A stretch of 64,000 nucleotides of DNA. Origin: Candidatus Hydrogenedens sp. Lineage in GTDB: Bacteria; Hydrogenedentota; Hydrogenedentia; Hydrogenedentales; Hydrogenedentaceae. The notes beneath the pieces were generated by a model, which ran no database searches, was not told where the DNA came from, and saw only the letters and a list, made by a program, of their open reading frames with translations. Location of the stretch: positions 160,001 through 224,000 of the forward strand of contig JBMFRC010000001.1 of the NCBI GenBank assembly GCA_049968235.1, read 5' to 3'. The stretch's first letter is position 1; each line of letters begins with the position of its first letter. The position numbers were made by a program, and so were the translations under genes. Positions 60,722-64,000 of this stretch are shown in pieces.

Positions 60722-62932
60722 TTGATGGACCCTTATTCACTGGAAATTCCATTTACACCAAAAGAGTTCGGACCCGAAGAAATAGAGGGACTTATTGAAC
60801 AAATCGTTTATGAACATGCATCCAGTGGTTTTTTTGTTGCCCGTTTACGACGCAAGGACACAAATCATTTAATCACTATCGTCGGTAAATCTCTTCCTAT
60901 ATCTCAGGGAACAACAGTTCGCATTTCAGGGCATTGGATTAACCACCCTCGTTTTGGTCCACAATTTCAAACCCAAAACATGGAATTAATACAACCTTCA
61001 TCTGTGGAAACCATTACCCAATTTCTTGCTTCCGGTGCTATACCCGGTGTGGGATGTGGATATGCTGAACGGATAATAAAAACATTCGGAGCGGATACCC
61101 TCCATGTGTTAAATCATGAGCCGGAACGACTTGCCCTTGTTCGAGGCTTAGGGAAAAAGAGGGCACAAAAAATTCACGAAGTATGGAAAGAAAAGCAAGA
61201 ATTCATGGAAATGCTGATTACTTTACAGCAATATAATATCCCTATAGGGCTGGCAACAAAACTATATAAGCATTATGGAAATCAAACTTTAACTTATCTA
61301 AGAGAAGACCCTTATCAGATAGCATCAGAAATTCAGGGTATCGGATTTAAAACAGCAGACCGTATCGCAAAAGAATTAGGAATTAATCCAGAACATCCCA
61401 GCCGTATAGAAGCAGGGATTCGCTACACTCTTCATGATGCGGAAAATGATGGACACATTTTCTTACCCTATGATGAACTCATTCAATTAACTGCAGAACT
61501 ATTATCTCTGGACGAATCTCAGATTACCCCCATATTAAAGGAAATGATCGATGCTAATAAATTATGCATGGAAAATAACAACGTTTATCTCCCTTTCCCA
61601 TATTTCATCGAAAATGAGTGTGCCAAACATTTGAAGCGGTTATATTACTCACCTGGTAGTTTGCCCCCTAACTTGCCAGTAAAACAGTTCTTTTCTACTC
61701 CGCATAAAGAACTACCCGAACTAAGTATGGAGCAAAAGGAAGCCATACAAAAAATTTTTTCCTCTAAAATCACAATCATCACAGGCGGTCCGGGTACCGG
61801 AAAAACAACCTTAATAAAAACGCTTGTATATTTTCTGAGAGATTATCCTGTGCGTGTCGTTTTATCCGCACCAACAGGGCGTGCCGGTAGACAAATGGAA
61901 GCAGTTACAGGACATCCTGCGAGTACTATACACCGATTACTCGAATTTAATCCTCAAACGGCAAAACCCGGTCGGGACGAAATGAATCCAATTCCATGCG
62001 ATTTGTTGATTTTAGATGAATGTTCTATGATTGACCAGACCTTACTTTGGTATCTTCTTTGTGCGGTCCCATCTACTTCACATATCGTTTTCATTGGTGA
62101 TGTGGACCAACTTCCTTCCGTAGGACCGGGCAATGTCCTATTCGACCTGATAGCCAGTCAGGTATTTCCTGTTATCCGACTAAAAACCATATACCGTCAA
62201 TCCGCTCAAAGCGGTATTATTGTCAATGCACACCGAATTAATCAGGGTTTCTTTCCTGAATTCAATCAGAAAGATTTCTTCTTTATCCGTCGTGGAGATA
62301 GTCAATCCGCATTACAAACTCTTTTACACATTGTTCAGGAACGCATCCCACAACGATTCGGATATAATCCGGTGAAAGATATCCAAGTCCTTGCTCCTCT
62401 GCGTCGTGGAGATGGAGGTGTTCACCATTTAAACTATCGTTTACAGGAAGCACTTAATCCCAAAGGAAAACCGATACCGAATACCTCATTCCGTATTGGG
62501 GATAAAGTTATGCAGATAAAAAATAACTATGAGAAAGATGTTTTTAATGGAGATGTAGGTATTATCACAGCGGTAGATAATGAACAGGGCTATATTACCA
62601 TTACTTTTGAACCTGACCGTCCTGTTCTATATACCTACGAACAATTAGACCAGATTAGCCTTGCTTACTCGGCTACGGTGCACAAATCTCAAGGGAGCGA
62701 ATATCCCGTGGTTGTTCTCCTTTTACTACCCCAACATTATTTACTCCTACAACGTAATGTCCTTTATACTGCGGTCACACGGGCAAAAAAAATAGTAACG
62801 ATTATTGGTTCTCCTAATGCTATTCAAAAAGCAATAAAATCGACACAATCCATCCGTAGAAACACCATGCTTGCAGAACGAATTCGTAACATTTTTCATT
62901 TTAACATAAAAATACAAAATAGTATAGAATAA
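60722..62932 (+). CDS. recD2: RecD2-type ATP-dependent SF1 DNA helicase
   Basis: N-terminal RecD2 domain, HhH region, Walker A ITGGPGTGKTT, and the C-terminal motifs AYSATVHKSQGSEYPVVV and TAVTRAKK. Confidence 0.85.
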   Translation: MMDPYSLEIPFTPKEFGPEEIEGLIEQIVYEHASSGFFVARLRRKDTNHLITIVGKSLPISQGTTVRISGHWINHPRFGPQFQTQNMELIQPSSVETITQFLASGAIPGVGCGYAERIIKTFGADTLHVLNHEPERLALVRGLGKKRAQKIHEVWKEKQEFMEMLITLQQYNIPIGLATKLYKHYGNQTLTYLREDPYQIASEIQGIGFKTADRIAKELGINPEHPSRIEAGIRYTLHDAENDGHIFLPYDELIQLTAELLSLDESQITPILKEMIDANKLCMENNNVYLPFPYFIENECAKHLKRLYYSPGSLPPNLPVKQFFSTPHKELPELSMEQKEAIQKIFSSKITIITGGPGTGKTTLIKTLVYFLRDYPVRVVLSAPTGRAGRQMEAVTGHPASTIHRLLEFNPQTAKPGRDEMNPIPCDLLILDECSMIDQTLLWYLLCAVPSTSHIVFIGDVDQLPSVGPGNVLFDLIASQVFPVIRLKTIYRQSAQSGIIVNAHRINQGFFPEFNQKDFFFIRRGDSQSALQTLLHIVQERIPQRFGYNPVKDIQVLAPLRRGDGGVHHLNYRLQEALNPKGKPIPNTSFRIGDKVMQIKNNYEKDVFNGDVGIITAVDNEQGYITITFEPDRPVLYTYEQLDQISLAYSATVHKSQGSEYPVVVLLLLPQHYLLLQRNVLYTAVTRAKKIVTIIGSPNAIQKAIKSTQSIRRNTMLAERIRNIFHFNIKIQNSIE

Positions 62933-62982
62933 TGATACGGTAATAAGAATTTTTAGAATAGAAAACAAATAGGTTTATTGAT

Positions 62983-63519
62983 ATGAGTTTATTTACTGAA
63001 AATGGTTCCGAGTCGCAAATCAAAAGAGGTCCGGAACCTGGTGTTCGTGGTCTTCTACTACTTTTCTGTATTGTATTCATTTTCCTGACACCTTTCTTTG
63101 GAATTTATAACCTCATAAATGATTATCAGAATGCATCCGGTGATTTCGACTATATCCCCGGACTTCGGCTATTTTTAATTGTTGAGTCCGGGTTACGGGC
63201 TTTTGTAATATTATTCAGCATTCTTGCAGGAGCAAGTATTTTATCTCTATGGAATGGGGCTGTTCGGATAACAAAAGCCTATTTAATTTCCTTTCTGTGT
63301 TCCTTAGTTCTTGGAATGGCACTTCTATTCTCTCTGGTTGAATTTCCCCCCGACTACTATGAACTTGTATTAAGCAAGATAGCATACGAAACAATTGCTT
63401 CTTTAATCTACTTTATCGTCTGTTATCTATATATCAATTTCTCCAGACGGGTTCGAGTTACCTTTCCCGATTCTTTTCCTCAAACACACAAAAAGAAAAA
63501 AGAGGAGTCACAAAAATGA
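62983..63519 (+). CDS. Hypothetical 4-TM membrane protein
   Basis: 178 aa with a Lys-rich C-terminus. The stop overlaps the next start as ATGA. Confidence 0.5.
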   Translation: MSLFTENGSESQIKRGPEPGVRGLLLLFCIVFIFLTPFFGIYNLINDYQNASGDFDYIPGLRLFLIVESGLRAFVILFSILAGASILSLWNGAVRITKAYLISFLCSLVLGMALLFSLVEFPPDYYELVLSKIAYETIASLIYFIVCYLYINFSRRVRVTFPDSFPQTHKKKKEESQK

Positions 63520-64000
63520 ATTTTCGGATTGTTTCTTCAACCTTATCTCCGCAATTGTTAAAAAAGATAAAGAATGCCTTTAAAAATGACGATACCCCAA
63601 TAATTATAGATTCTCAAAACGAATCCGCCCTTCCTTCCGGAGTAATGATGACAATTGCACAAAGTTCCAGGATAGACACTGTAATTGATATTATGAACAT
63701 TGCTAAAAATGAATATGATTCTTTGTTCTATTTAATTTCAGATGCTATCGATGCTCGTGAAGGTATTCCTTTGGGGGGAGCAAAACGAATGGTAAAGATA
63801 GCAAAAGAAATAGGGAAGGTATTAGACCTTACAGAAAATCAATTGTGGATTTTAGAACACGGTTGTGTATTAAGAGATATTGGAAAACTCCGTATATCTA
63901 ACGAAATTTTACTAAAAAAAACTGTGCTTACCTATGATGAATGGGTCCTCTTAAAATCACATGTTCATATTGGAGCCCATATATTAAAAGAATATAATAT
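63516..64000 (+). CDS. HD-GYP-like domain protein with a degenerate HD motif (RD). It is partial, with its 3' end beyond the window.
   Basis: Not in the ORF track because it is incomplete. The motif GAKRMVKIAKEIGKVLDLTENQLWILEHGCVLRDIGKLRISNEILLKKTVLTYDEWVLLKSHVHIGAHIL matches the HD-GYP pattern, with HDIGK replaced by RDIGK. An N-terminal region of about 60 aa is possibly receiver-like. Confidence 0.5.
   Translation, partial: MNFRIVSSTLSPQLLKKIKNAFKNDDTPIIIDSQNESALPSGVMMTIAQSSRIDTVIDIMNIAKNEYDSLFYLISDAIDAREGIPLGGAKRMVKIAKEIGKVLDLTENQLWILEHGCVLRDIGKLRISNEILLKKTVLTYDEWVLLKSHVHIGAHILKEYN

Noticed and set aside
1-64000. CRISPR arrays, rRNA or tRNA genes, intact transposases or prophage
   Set aside because: No regularly spaced repeats, tRNA-like stems or transposase, capsid or terminase ORFs were found. 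The only mobile signatures are the two degraded relics reported.

Overview
This 64 kb window looks like a chromosomal segment from an uncultivated Gram-negative bacterium. GC is roughly 40-45%. The Na+-NQR respiratory complex, a GT9 heptosyltransferase, Tat export, TSP3/IPT and DUF5011 surface proteins, and Gfo/Idh/MocA plus xylose-isomerase-like TIM-barrel sugar genes suggest a PVC/FCB-like lineage. I cannot assign a taxon from sequence alone. I found no rRNA, tRNA or CRISPR array. The region is densely coding, with about 50 genes, several joined by ATGA or GTGA start/stop overlaps.

Housekeeping content:
- a complete nqrABCDEF-apbE operon
- menF-menD
- ispG
- a pabB-pabC fusion
- metF
- thiL-nnr
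- tatC-tatA/B
- recG and recD2
- a GldA/GldF/GldG-like ABC exporter operon ending in a DUF4340-like gene

Accessory content:
- several very large secreted or surface proteins: a 955+ aa protein running off the window start, a 988 aa protein, a 1066 aa TSP3-repeat/IPT protein, an 852 aa protein, and a DUF5011 Pro/Thr-rich surface protein
- a 1020 aa fusion of a flippase-like (MprF-type) TM domain with a sulfatase domain
- a Gfo/Idh/MocA-TIM barrel-Gfo/Idh/MocA operon with an internal hairpin
- a MetF gene next to a zinc-type URO-D/MtaA-like methyltransferase

Two loci are decayed mobile or restriction-modification relics:
- a frameshifted N4/N6 DNA methyltransferase followed by a start-less SNase-fold ORF that the ORF track does not list (29.7-30.9 kb)
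- a 166-aa internal fragment of a large serine recombinase next to tatCAB, flanked by a markedly AT-rich membrane-protein gene (50.2-51.9 kb)

One caveat on coordinates: I read the sequence by eye. Features I derived myself, rather than from the ORF track, may be off by 1-2 nt.
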